Below are positions 32,541 through 41,992 of a DNA stretch of 64,000 bases, one piece after another. The stretch is from contig JBMOPW010000035.1 of assembly GCA_049322915.1 (NCBI GenBank), forward strand, positions 32,001 through 96,000. The letters run 5' to 3'. Position 1 is the stretch's first letter; every line of letters starts with the position of its first letter. The notes beneath the pieces are model-generated. The model ran no database searches, was not told the origin of the DNA, and worked only from the letters and a program-made list of their open reading frames with translations. Source of the DNA: Candidatus Zhuqueibacterota bacterium (GTDB lineage Bacteria > Zhuqueibacterota > Zhuqueibacteria > Thermofontimicrobiales > Thermofontimicrobiaceae). Position numbers and translations under genes: made by a program.

Positions 32541-32615
32541 ATTATGTTGTTCAGGCGATTTCTTCAATGAATAAACATGTTTTTAAAACGATGCATTGCT
32601 GCACCCGTTTTCCAA

Positions 32616-34577
32616 TCACTCTTTCTTCGTCAATTTTTCGTATTCCATTCCATGCTCCAGCTTAATCGTTTCTTCCGACATTTTGCCGGTGAAACAGGTG
32701 GTGTTCATGGGATAGACATGGGGATCGAAGAACTGGTAATAGAAATGCCAGACAATGATAGCAACCGTGGCCAGAATGGCTTCATAATAATGAGCGACGG
32801 TGCTGACATCCGAGACCAATTTCGGGAAATACTTCAACGAGATATTTTCAAACCACAAAATGAAGCCGGTCACGCTCATCACAATGGTGCCCCAGATGAG
32901 CGCCCAGTACTCCGCTTTTTCGATGTAGTTATAATACGCGAACTTCGGGCGATCTTTCCGCAGACCCAGATTGTACTGAACATTTTGAATCACATCGAAC
33001 AGATCCTTCAATTTGGGCAGCATTTCCGTAATATGCCGTTTGCCGCGTTTTGTGGTAATGACATAGAACACGTGATAGAACGCGAGCAGCACCATCAATC
33101 CGCCAGCCAGCCGATGCAGATATCCTCGCATGGCAAACCCGCCGTCCCAGCGGGTGAATGGCGCAGCCCACCACGCTTCAGGAAATTTCAGGGCAAAACC
33201 GGTGATCACCAGGGTGATGAATGTGCCCATCAAAATGAAATGCTGGATTCGTTCGTTCAGGGACAACCGCACCATGGTAATTCCGTGCGATAATTCCTCA
33301 AAACTGTGATCCTCCACCCCTTTGATTTTCGCCTTGAATTTATGGATGAAATCGATGAGATTGTGCATGAACATGCCGCCAATGGTACCCACGATGAGGA
33401 ATATATAAAATGTGGTCACATAATAGATTGTCTTCTGCGACGTGGACGATCCTTTGATATGAATCGACCCAATCGCAACCATGTCGCTCACGCCTGGATG
33501 GCAGCTACCGCATGTTTGCTGCAGATTGGCTTTATTAACGGATGACTTGGGGTCGCTGGAGTGCAGTATTTTATGAACACCATGGCAACTGGCGCAGTTC
33601 GCTGTGACGACTGACCCGGCGCGATTTGCCAGTCCATGATAGCTGTCGTTATAACTATCCACTGCTTCTTTTTTTAGTCCGTACTTGGTGACGATCTGTT
33701 CTGCTTCATGACATCTCGGACAGGTTGTCTTTGAAATGACGGTTGAAAAGACCGTCGATTTCGGGTCGGTATGGGATTTAATATCATGTTCGGTATGGCA
33801 ATCGGTACATACCGGTGAATCCGTTGCGCCCGCCAACAATCCCTTGCCATGCACGCCAGCCATATATTCATCGAAAATTCCCTGGTGGCATTGCGCACAT
33901 GTCCTGGGAATATTGAACTTATTTGTCAGAGAAACCGGATTGCTGGAAGGCTGTAAATTGTGAGCGCCGTGACAATCGCTACATTTGGCTGCCTGCATAT
34001 TTCCTTCCTCAAGCGCAGAGCGGTAATGGATGCTCGTTTTATACGCCGCTGCCGGCTCTGAAATCGGAATATTGAACTTTTTCACAATGTTGGGATCAGA
34101 ATGACATTCACCGCAGATTTCGGGTTGATTCAGAACGAACATTGTTGACAGCGAGTCATCGATGGGGAACACGTAATGGGAGGTGTGGCAACTCCAGCAC
34201 TCAGGCGCCTCGAGATTGCCTTTGGCCAGGCTCTTCCCGTGAACGCTGGCCATATACTCCTGAGTCACATCGTCGTGGCAATTCCCGCAGTTCGGTTTTT
34301 CAAGTTTTTCGTCATGCGGAAGTTCGGTGATGGCGCTGTGACAATCGACGCAGGAAAGTCCGGCATGAACTGAATTGGAAAATTTTTCGAAATGGACAAA
34401 GAGGCTATCCTCCTTCCCATCTTCGTTCAGCCGGGTCAATGCCTTGTCGCTGTGGCATTCCATGCAGTCTTCGCTTGAAATATCCTGGCTCGCTCCAATT
34501 CCGGGAAATAGCAATACCATGGAAATTATGAAAGTCAGATAAACCGAAACCAACTTGCCTGTCATACTGTTCCTCAT
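32616..34577 (-). CDS. 11-heme cytochrome c fused to cytochrome b membrane domain (CbcL-like quinol oxidoreductase)
   Basis: Signal peptide; 11 CxxCH; ERIQH...LHR...EKAEYWALIWG...AHYYEAILA...VWHFY. Confidence 0.9.
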   Translation of the reverse strand: MRNSMTGKLVSVYLTFIISMVLLFPGIGASQDISSEDCMECHSDKALTRLNEDGKEDSLFVHFEKFSNSVHAGLSCVDCHSAITELPHDEKLEKPNCGNCHDDVTQEYMASVHGKSLAKGNLEAPECWSCHTSHYVFPIDDSLSTMFVLNQPEICGECHSDPNIVKKFNIPISEPAAAYKTSIHYRSALEEGNMQAAKCSDCHGAHNLQPSSNPVSLTNKFNIPRTCAQCHQGIFDEYMAGVHGKGLLAGATDSPVCTDCHTEHDIKSHTDPKSTVFSTVISKTTCPRCHEAEQIVTKYGLKKEAVDSYNDSYHGLANRAGSVVTANCASCHGVHKILHSSDPKSSVNKANLQQTCGSCHPGVSDMVAIGSIHIKGSSTSQKTIYYVTTFYIFLIVGTIGGMFMHNLIDFIHKFKAKIKGVEDHSFEELSHGITMVRLSLNERIQHFILMGTFITLVITGFALKFPEAWWAAPFTRWDGGFAMRGYLHRLAGGLMVLLAFYHVFYVITTKRGKRHITEMLPKLKDLFDVIQNVQYNLGLRKDRPKFAYYNYIEKAEYWALIWGTIVMSVTGFILWFENISLKYFPKLVSDVSTVAHYYEAILATVAIIVWHFYYQFFDPHVYPMNTTCFTGKMSEETIKLEHGMEYEKLTKKE

Positions 34578-34624
34578 TTATGGATGATGTGATGATTTTA
34601 CAAATGAATGTAGCAACTGTGCAT

Positions 34625-34640
34625 TGCAATTATCTTGCCA
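34625..34640 (-). promoter_or_regulatory. Sigma-54 promoter TGGCAAGATAATTGCA
   Basis: Near-consensus -24/-12 on the minus strand, 48 nt upstream of ATG 34577; a sigma-54 activator gene is adjacent. Confidence 0.75.
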
Positions 34641-35134
34641 CCCAAAACTCGCCTTAATAAAATCAATTAAATAAGAGAATTCAATGCCCGTCACTTTGTT
34701 TCAGTGAATTGTTTTTTTCAGGTCGGGTACTTTTATCTGTTTATTTTTATTTGCGTAAAACAGGCGAAACAAATCGTTTCGCAGATCATGATACCCCAAC
34801 CCGGCTCTCGTTGTTAAATCCATTTAGTTTCTGTTATTTTGAATGTTAAATCAAATCTTCCCCTTATTTTTTTCTCACAGCGCCGACTCATAATTCTAAA
34901 ATTTTTATTGAATCTTTGATTTGAAACAACTATATTAGAACACTTTGTTTCACAGAAAAGCCGGCCGAACGAGTGGATCCAGGATTGTCAATTGATCCCG
35001 GCCAAAAATCAAGCAACGACCGATAGTTCAGATTGACATCATGCTTTTTCACTGAGCGCTAACGGACCAATGAATCGATACTTCTCTTTCGCGTCCAAAC
35101 TGGTATGGGAATTGAACGAAACTGGTAACTGAAT

Positions 35135-36460
35135 ATGGAACTGAATCCATCCCTGACAAACGATATATTAGACTCAATTGGCGAAGGATTGTTCACAGTA
35201 AATAAGGATTTTAAGATTAATTATTTTAATCGGGCTGCCGAGCGAATTACAGGTCTGAAACGCAAGGACGTCTACGGCAAATTTTGCAAACATATTTTTA
35301 AGTCAAATCGATGCTTCATCAAATGCCCGATCGCCCATGTTTTGGAGACAGGGAAAAACATCTATGACCTGGAATCGAAGATCAGAAACGTCAATGGCAA
35401 TTTCATCCCGATCAAAATGAACGTCTCCATTCTGCGCAACAACGAAAATGAGCCGGTGGGCGGCGTGATTTCCTTTCGCGATATATCCGAGTTGGAGATA
35501 TTGCGTGATAAGCACATCAAAAAGAACCTGTTTTATGGCATCATCGGCCACACCAAAGTGATGCAGGAAATCTTCGAATTGATCGAGGAGATTTCCGATT
35601 CGGATGCCACTGTGCTCATTCAGGGTGAATCCGGCACAGGTAAGGAAATGGTTGCCAACGCCGTACAGGCCACAAGTCTGCGCAAAGATCAGCCGTTTGT
35701 CAAAGTGAACTGTTCGGTTTTCACGCCGCAACTTCTGGCCAGCGAGTTGTTTGGTCACGTGAAGGGCGCGTTCACCGGAGCAATAAAAGAGCGACCGGGT
35801 CGATTTGAAATTGCGGACGGTGGGACCATATTCCTGGATGAGGTCGGCGAAATGCCTCTGCAAATGCAGTTGCAGCTGTTACGGGTGCTGCAGGAAGGCA
35901 CCTTCGAGCGGGTTGGCGAATCGGAGACGCGCCGCGTTGACATTCGGGTGATTGCCGCGACGAATAAAAATATCAAAGCATCCATCGCAGATGGGCATTT
36001 TCGGGAGGATTTGTACTATCGGCTCAACGTGATTCCCATTGAAATTCCTCCGATCAAAAAGCGCCCGGAAGACATCCCGCACCTGATAAAACATTTTTTG
36101 AAAAAATTTTCATTGATCTATAATAAAAACATACACGACATCGATGATACTGCGCTCGAATTACTCACCCATTATCCCTGGCCGGGCAATGTCCGCGAAT
36201 TGGAAAATGCCCTGGAGTACGCGTTTGTGCGGACGAAAGATAAAAAGATTATCGAAGCGATTAAATTGCCGCCGAATGTTCGGGAGCACGCTGACTTATC
36301 GTTGAATCAACCAGGCGCGTGTGAAATCGATAGCGAGTCTTCTCACATCATGCACTTACTGGAAAAATATCAATGGAATAAAACGAAAGTCGCCAAAGAA
36401 CTTGGCATTGGTCGCAGCACGCTCTGGCGCAAAATGAAATCCTTCACTGAGAAGGCCTGA
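35135..36460 (+). CDS. PAS-domain sigma-54-dependent activator (one-component bEBP, Fis-type HTH)
   Basis: N-terminal PAS with C-x8-C-x3-CP; GESGTGKE, ELFGHVKGAFTGA, FLDEVG, FREDLYYRLNV, WPGNVREL, LGIGRSTLWRK. Confidence 0.93.
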   Translation: MELNPSLTNDILDSIGEGLFTVNKDFKINYFNRAAERITGLKRKDVYGKFCKHIFKSNRCFIKCPIAHVLETGKNIYDLESKIRNVNGNFIPIKMNVSILRNNENEPVGGVISFRDISELEILRDKHIKKNLFYGIIGHTKVMQEIFELIEEISDSDATVLIQGESGTGKEMVANAVQATSLRKDQPFVKVNCSVFTPQLLASELFGHVKGAFTGAIKERPGRFEIADGGTIFLDEVGEMPLQMQLQLLRVLQEGTFERVGESETRRVDIRVIAATNKNIKASIADGHFREDLYYRLNVIPIEIPPIKKRPEDIPHLIKHFLKKFSLIYNKNIHDIDDTALELLTHYPWPGNVRELENALEYAFVRTKDKKIIEAIKLPPNVREHADLSLNQPGACEIDSESSHIMHLLEKYQWNKTKVAKELGIGRSTLWRKMKSFTEKA

Positions 36461-36672
36461 GTGAATCGGGGCGCTGCCATCCGCCCTGTCGAACCATTTG
36501 AAATCACGCTACCAGTGAATCATCAGTTCGGCCATTGCTCAATGAAATAGCCGTCGAATACTGTCATGGAGAAATTGTGTTGAAGAAAGTTGAGCGCAGT
36601 TGCTTGACGCCATCAGCAGCAGCGAGAGGGCAGATTTGGAGTGCAGTTTCAGGATCAACTATCATCGTGGCT

Positions 36673-36706
36673 GTGTTTCGTTTCAAGCGAAACACTTTGT
36701 TTCACA
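36673..36706. promoter_or_regulatory. Candidate upstream activator sequence: palindrome GTGTTTCG-N7-CGAAACAC overlapping a 16-bp motif shared with 34939-34954
   Basis: Perfect 8-bp inverted repeat; AACACTTTGTTTCACA occurs at 34939 and 36691, CACTTTGTTTCA also at 34692. Confidence 0.6.
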
Positions 36707-36828
36707 AAGGATATATCTATTAATTTCAAACAACTATCATCTCGTTTTTTCTTACAGTCAGATAATTGAAACACTCTGCCCGGCGCCGAATAAGAAAATC
36801 TGGCATGTTTTTATTGAAGTTATTCTGA

Positions 36829-36844
36829 TGGCATGAAATTTGAT
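36829..36844 (+). promoter_or_regulatory. Candidate sigma-54 promoter TGGCATGAAATTTGAT
   Basis: Correct -24/-12 spacing with TTGA variant, about 130 bp downstream of the putative UAS. Confidence 0.5.
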
Positions 36845-36868
36845 GTAGCTCCGCTATTTGAGGGAACT

Positions 36869-37318
36869 ATGTCTGAAATGTTAGGAAATCAATATTTTTT
36901 AACGCGCAAATACGCGCTTGCCGCTCGGGAACTCGAATCGGCTCTGGTGAAAGATCCGCGAAGTAAAGTCATTCGACGGAAGCTCATCATTTGTTTTATC
37001 CAGACCGGCAACATTGACAAGGCGGAAGAACTGTTTCTGGACCTCGTCCAACAGGACGTATCGTTCATCATTGAATCAGATCCTATCATCGATGACTGTC
37101 CCTGTCCGGAACTGGTAAACGATGTCGAGGCGCAGATAGCCGGCGAGAAAAACTCGCCTTCGTACATGTTGAAGTTGGGCATGCTCTGGTTGTATTGTGA
37201 CATTAGAAAATCGATTCACTATTTCACGAGTTTGCAAAAAATTGAACCGAACAATCAAATGGTAAAAATTGTGCTATTCCATCTCAAGTCATTTTTGTTG
37301 AGCAAAGAGGTATTGTAG
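36869..37318 (+). CDS. TPR-like cytoplasmic protein with DDCPCPE motif
   Basis: Helical TPR-like pattern (LGNQYF...A..LE.AL..DP; LGMLWLY...Y...L.KIEP); start re-set to ATG 36869 after GAGGGA. Confidence 0.7.
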   Translation: MSEMLGNQYFLTRKYALAARELESALVKDPRSKVIRRKLIICFIQTGNIDKAEELFLDLVQQDVSFIIESDPIIDDCPCPELVNDVEAQIAGEKNSPSYMLKLGMLWLYCDIRKSIHYFTSLQKIEPNNQMVKIVLFHLKSFLLSKEVL

Positions 37319-37407
37319 CACTTTGGCGTAAGTAAGAAACACTGGAAATAATCACTGTATTTTAATCCGTCGTTACATGTCATTAAATTGTTAGCAGAGA
37401 GGAACAA

Positions 37408-38733
37408 ATGAAAGTAAAACTTTTTACCATTTGTAGTCTGTTGCTACTCTCCATGATTCTTATTTTTACCTGGGGATGTACTGATAAATACAAACCCGCT
37501 CCCAGCGTTTTCTCCTCTGTGGAAGAATCAAGTTGTACGCACTGTCACCTTGATGCAACTCTACTGAAACAAGTGGCCACGCCAATTCCCCCGGATGAAG
37601 GCGAATCAGGCGAGGGTTGAGGCGGCGCTGTGTCTCAGTTAGAGGCATGGGAAATGGTACTTGTTGATAACAGTTTTCTGAATACAAAACACGGCAGCTT
37701 CGGATGCACGTCATGTCACAAGGGTAATAAAGACGCGTACGACAAAGAGACCGCTCACGTCAGCCTGGTCGCTGCGCCGAGCGAAAATGATGCCACGTAC
37801 TGCTCCGGTTGCCATGAGGATATTGTGGCTCATTATGCATCCTCCCTTCACAAGACACAAAAAGGGTACTTCAAGCGAATCGAAAATCGATTGGGGTACA
37901 GCATAGAAAGTGACGCGGGCATAATGGAGAAATATGATGAGGAATGCGGGAAATGCCATGTCAGTTGTGGGCAATGCCACATCTCCCGACCGGTTTCAGT
38001 AAAAGGCGGATTCATCGCCGGGCACAATTTTGGCGCGCCGACGCGGGATAACAATTGCGTGGCATGTCACGGCAGCCGCGTTGGGGCAGAATACCTCGGA
38101 CAAAACGAAAACTATGCGGCTGATGTCCACCGCTACAAACCAGGCGGCAGCAATTGCACCATGTGCCACACCGGCATGGAAATGCACGGGACCGGCGAGG
38201 AATTCGACTACCGTTACCTGAATACGGATATGCCGCGCTGTGAAAATTGTCATGCAGATGTCGACACAATTAATTTCTACCATCAAAAGCATGTGTCCAG
38301 CACCACGATACCGACGCTCTCCTGTCAGGTATGCCATTCACAGGATTATAAAAACTGCAATAGCTGCCACACCGGCGGCGCCGGCATTACCGGGGATTCC
38401 TATTTCAAATTCAAGATTGCCAAGAATAAATTCAATCTCGAATCTGCAAACCGTACCTATGATTACGTGGCAGTCCGGCACATTCCGATTGCGCCGGACA
38501 CATACGCAAGTTGGGGAATAACTGATTTACCAAATTACAACACTGAACCTACGTGGAAATATGCAACGCCGCACAACATTCAACGCTGGACCGCTCGGAC
38601 AGATACGACGGGTAGCACCCGATGCTCGAGCAAATGCCATAATTCGACGACCTATTATTTAACTTCAGCCGACTTATTCGACTATGAAGTCGAAGCAAAT
38701 AAAGATATTATTATGGACGACAAACTCAAATAG
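37408..38733 (+). CDS. Putative selenocysteine-containing multiheme c-type cytochrome lipoprotein (441 aa, Sec71 at TGA 37618-37620)
   Basis: Track ORFs 37408-37620 and 37630-38733 are in the same frame, separated by one TGA plus 3 sense codons; the lipobox (FTWG-C) is only in the first part; 10 CxxCH plus 1 CxxxCH; SECIS-like hairpin directly after the TGA. Confidence 0.8.
37628..37650 (+). other. Candidate bacterial SECIS hairpin for the multiheme cytochrome
   Basis: CTGTGTCTC-AGTTA-GAGGCATGG: 9-bp stem (3 G-U pairs), loop begins 16 nt after the UGA and contains GU. Confidence 0.65.
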
Positions 38734-38778
38734 AAACACTTAATTCATTTCAAATCATTTAATTTAGGAGGTACAGAG

Positions 38779-39783
38779 ATGTACAAGAAAATTCCTGTTC
38801 TGTTCTTGATTTTATCATTAGCTTTGTTCATGGTAGTTGGTTGCGATGACGACGAAACCACGGAACCTGAAGAAATTAATGAGTTCGAACTGTTAACGGA
38901 AGTCGGTGATGTTTACGTTGCTAATTACACAACCCAGGGTGGGTTGGGCGTCAACACGACCATCACTGCTGTATTCGACAACCTGACAGACGGCAATACC
39001 GCCAATGATCCGTATATCATTGACTACCGCTCCGCTGCGGATTACGCGATTGTTCATATTAAAGGCGCCCATTCAATGGCCATGACCGATCTGGTCGCGA
39101 AACTTGATGATGGCACCATTCCCAAAGATAAAACCATTTTGAACGTTTGCTACACCGGTCAAACGGCAAGCTCCGCCACTGCATTTTTGAACCTGTTAGG
39201 ATACGAAGCACAGAACCTGTCTTACGGCATGTGCTCGGTCGATACATCCTTCAGTAACACCAAACAGTGGAAAAACGCTGTGAAAACTGACGAACATGCC
39301 GGCGATGTTGTCTCTACAGCTTCCACCACCACGACAACACACGATTTCCCGACGCTGTCCACAGGTGGAACCACCGCCGAAGAAATCTTCAAAGCACGTT
39401 TCAATGAAGTGATTGCCGCAAGCTGGCCCAAAATTGATGCCAACTTAGTGTGGGATAATCCAGGCAACTACTTCATCGTCAATTACTGGCCGGCCGCCGA
39501 ATATACCAATCCAGGCCATATTCCCGGCGCTTACCAGTTCTCACCAAATACAACGCTGCTCAGCACAGCGCAGTTAAACCTGTTGCCGACGGATAAAACC
39601 ATTGTGGTTTACTGCTACACTGGTCAGACATCGGCTCAGATTTGTACCTATCTGACCATGCTGGGCTACGATGCAAAGAGCTTGCTGTACGGATTCAATG
39701 GTTTCGCTCATGGAATTATGACGAAAAACAAGTATGCCGGTTCAGCAGCACCTGGAACATACGATGCTATTTTAGAAAAATAA
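38779..39783 (+). CDS. Tandem rhodanese-domain lipoprotein (sulfurtransferase)
   Basis: Lipobox MVVG-C; two domains (IDYR...HIKGA / GHIPGA), each with a CYTGQT active-site loop; AGGAGG SD. Confidence 0.88.
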   Translation: MYKKIPVLFLILSLALFMVVGCDDDETTEPEEINEFELLTEVGDVYVANYTTQGGLGVNTTITAVFDNLTDGNTANDPYIIDYRSAADYAIVHIKGAHSMAMTDLVAKLDDGTIPKDKTILNVCYTGQTASSATAFLNLLGYEAQNLSYGMCSVDTSFSNTKQWKNAVKTDEHAGDVVSTASTTTTTHDFPTLSTGGTTAEEIFKARFNEVIAASWPKIDANLVWDNPGNYFIVNYWPAAEYTNPGHIPGAYQFSPNTTLLSTAQLNLLPTDKTIVVYCYTGQTSAQICTYLTMLGYDAKSLLYGFNGFAHGIMTKNKYAGSAAPGTYDAILEK

Positions 39784-39796
39784 CTTAACGAGAACG

Positions 39797-39829
39797 AGCG
39801 GCATTCTTTCACAGTGGAAGAATGCCGCT
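39797..39829 (+). terminator. Strong intra-operon hairpin or partial terminator between rhodanese and porin genes
   Basis: AGCGGCATTCTTTC...GGAAGAATGCCGCT followed by TTCATTTATT. Confidence 0.6.
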
Positions 39830-39864
39830 TTCATTTATTAAAACTTAAGCTGAGTAAACGAGCT

Positions 39865-41058
39865 ATGATACCAAAAATAAGAATAGGTCTTCTCAGTCTA
39901 TTGATGGTCTCTTTGAGTGTTGGCTATGTGTACGGGATCGATTTTCACGGCAAAACGTCCAACACCGTTTATAGCTATGAAGATACAACTCAACATACTC
40001 GCCTGTTTCAATTCATTCGCTTTAGCCTGGAATCACCCAAATTGAGCAACCTCTCTCTGAATACATCTCTCAGAGCTTTAACCGATCTCAACGAAACACT
40101 GGAAGACGAACAGCGATTCAAAGCTTACGCGCTCAATTTGCAGTACAAAAATCTGTTCAACCGAGTCGATCTCGTCCTCGGGCGCCAGTTTCTCCACCCG
40201 GGCGCCGCACTTGGAGGATTGGACGGTCTGTACACCAAAGTCAAAATTTCGAACCGAATGAATATCTCGGCGTACGCTGGCGCAGAAGCCCACTTCAACA
40301 GCAGCCTCAAAATTTACAAATCAGAGGACAGTTTTGTCGCCGGCGGCTTATTCGAAATGAATCGGTTCTTCTCCACAGGGACGCAATTGTTTTACCTGCA
40401 AAAATCCAATGAAGACGGATTGTTCTGGCAACTCGCCGGACTGAACCTGACCAATAGCTCGTTGCCCCGGACCAATGTCCGGTTGCAAGCGCACTTCGAT
40501 CTTCAAACATCCGCTTTTCACAGGTTGATGTTCTCGGCTAAACATGATGTGAATGATAAAATTTCACTCAATGCCGGCTTTAAAAATCAAATGCCGCAAA
40601 TCTACGCCAACTCCTTTTTCACACTATTTGATGTCGACGGTTACACCCAATTCAATGCTGGCTGCACCTACAAAATGGTTCAGAATCTCTTTCTGAGCGG
40701 GCAGTACCAACTCGTCCAGTTCGACCAGGAGTCGGCCAACCGCATTTTTTTCACCGTCAATAATCTGAACGGCAGCATTGGCGTCATTTATGAGACAGGA
40801 TACGCCGGCGAACAATTGGGGCTCATTCTCGACTATGCCCATTCCATCACACCTGCGTTGTTAGCGTCGATCAACATTGATTATTCCCGGTATAAAACAG
40901 AAAAAGTGTTCGAATACGAAAATCAGATCGCCAATGCGGTACGATTATCCTATCGTTTTCAACGTCACTGGTCCATCGATCTAGAGTATCAATGGTTGAC
41001 AAACCGTTTTAAAGAACAGGATTCACGAATTTTAAATCATGTCCACTTTAGTTGGTAA
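39865..41058 (+). CDS. Putative outer-membrane beta-barrel (porin of a porin-cytochrome complex)
   Basis: Signal peptide from ATG 39865; alternating amphipathic strands (LVLGRQF...LDGL), C-terminal aromatic residue (VHFSW); flanked by multiheme cytochromes. Confidence 0.7.
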   Translation: MIPKIRIGLLSLLMVSLSVGYVYGIDFHGKTSNTVYSYEDTTQHTRLFQFIRFSLESPKLSNLSLNTSLRALTDLNETLEDEQRFKAYALNLQYKNLFNRVDLVLGRQFLHPGAALGGLDGLYTKVKISNRMNISAYAGAEAHFNSSLKIYKSEDSFVAGGLFEMNRFFSTGTQLFYLQKSNEDGLFWQLAGLNLTNSSLPRTNVRLQAHFDLQTSAFHRLMFSAKHDVNDKISLNAGFKNQMPQIYANSFFTLFDVDGYTQFNAGCTYKMVQNLFLSGQYQLVQFDQESANRIFFTVNNLNGSIGVIYETGYAGEQLGLILDYAHSITPALLASINIDYSRYKTEKVFEYENQIANAVRLSYRFQRHWSIDLEYQWLTNRFKEQDSRILNHVHFSW

Positions 41059-41070
41059 GGGATAATAATC

Positions 41071-41949
41071 ATGAAAAAAATTGTATGTGTCGTGCTGGGG
41101 CTTCTTGTTGCTTTCTTTTTAAGCAATGTCTCAACGGCCCAGGAATTAGAACTCATCTTTTCCCATAAATATCACGCCATAGAGGTTGAAGCAGAATGCG
41201 AAGCCTGTCATGCTGCCTCGGCAAGCATGCTGTCAACCGATAACCTGTTGCCCGACATGGAAAAATGTTATACCTGCCACAGCCAGGATGAAGAATGCAG
41301 CAAATGCCACAAAGACCCGGACAATGCCATCGTCTATCCCCGAATCACGGATTACATCGCCAAGTTCCCGCACAGCACACACGCTGCCAAAGGACTGGCC
41401 TGCGAAAAATGTCATGCCGGAGTCGCTGAAAGTGGCAACATCCTGGAAAAACACCTGCCAACCATGGCCAGTTGCACCGACTGTCACGATCAGCTTGCCC
41501 GGGAGAATTATTGCTATACCTGCCATAACACCGGCGAGGCCCTGAAGCCTGGCGATCACAATTTAGCCTGGAACAAGGAGCATGGATTGGCTTCATACAC
41601 GGCCGATAACTCCTGCAAAACCTGCCATCCGGACGATATGTGTTTGAATTGCCACCGCGGCGATAATCTGGATCATCAGGTGCACTCACTGAATTTTGTG
41701 AATAATCACAGTCTCCAGGCAAAGGGCAACAAAGAGAATTGCTACACCTGTCATGAAGAATTGTCCTTCTGCGTCGACTGCCATCGCCAGCGAATGGTGA
41801 TGCCGCGGAACCACGCGACAGCGAGTTGGTCCAATACTTCTTCCGGAGGTGGGCATGCGCGAGCCGCGAAACTGGATATGGATTCATGCCTGAGCTGCCA
41901 TTCCGATGCCGCTGGAGATCCTGTGTGCGTTCAGTGTCACCAGAAATAA
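41071..41949 (+). CDS. Periplasmic 12-heme cytochrome c (c3/c7-like repeats)
   Basis: Signal peptide (STA-QE); FSHKYH / FPHSTH; 12 CxxCH. Confidence 0.9.
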   Translation: MKKIVCVVLGLLVAFFLSNVSTAQELELIFSHKYHAIEVEAECEACHAASASMLSTDNLLPDMEKCYTCHSQDEECSKCHKDPDNAIVYPRITDYIAKFPHSTHAAKGLACEKCHAGVAESGNILEKHLPTMASCTDCHDQLARENYCYTCHNTGEALKPGDHNLAWNKEHGLASYTADNSCKTCHPDDMCLNCHRGDNLDHQVHSLNFVNNHSLQAKGNKENCYTCHEELSFCVDCHRQRMVMPRNHATASWSNTSSGGGHARAAKLDMDSCLSCHSDAAGDPVCVQCHQK

Positions 41950-41992
41950 GTTCAATGTATTGTGGAAAATTGACGTCTTAGCCTGAGGGTGA

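Noticed and set aside
36801..36817. TGGCATGTTTTTATTGA as a sigma-54 promoter
   Set aside because: Spacing is two nt too long; the site at 36829 fits better
37408..37620. 70-aa monoheme lipoprotein as a separate gene, or a nonsense pseudogene
   Set aside because: In-frame continuation, a SECIS-like hairpin and the missing export signal on the downstream part favour Sec read-through
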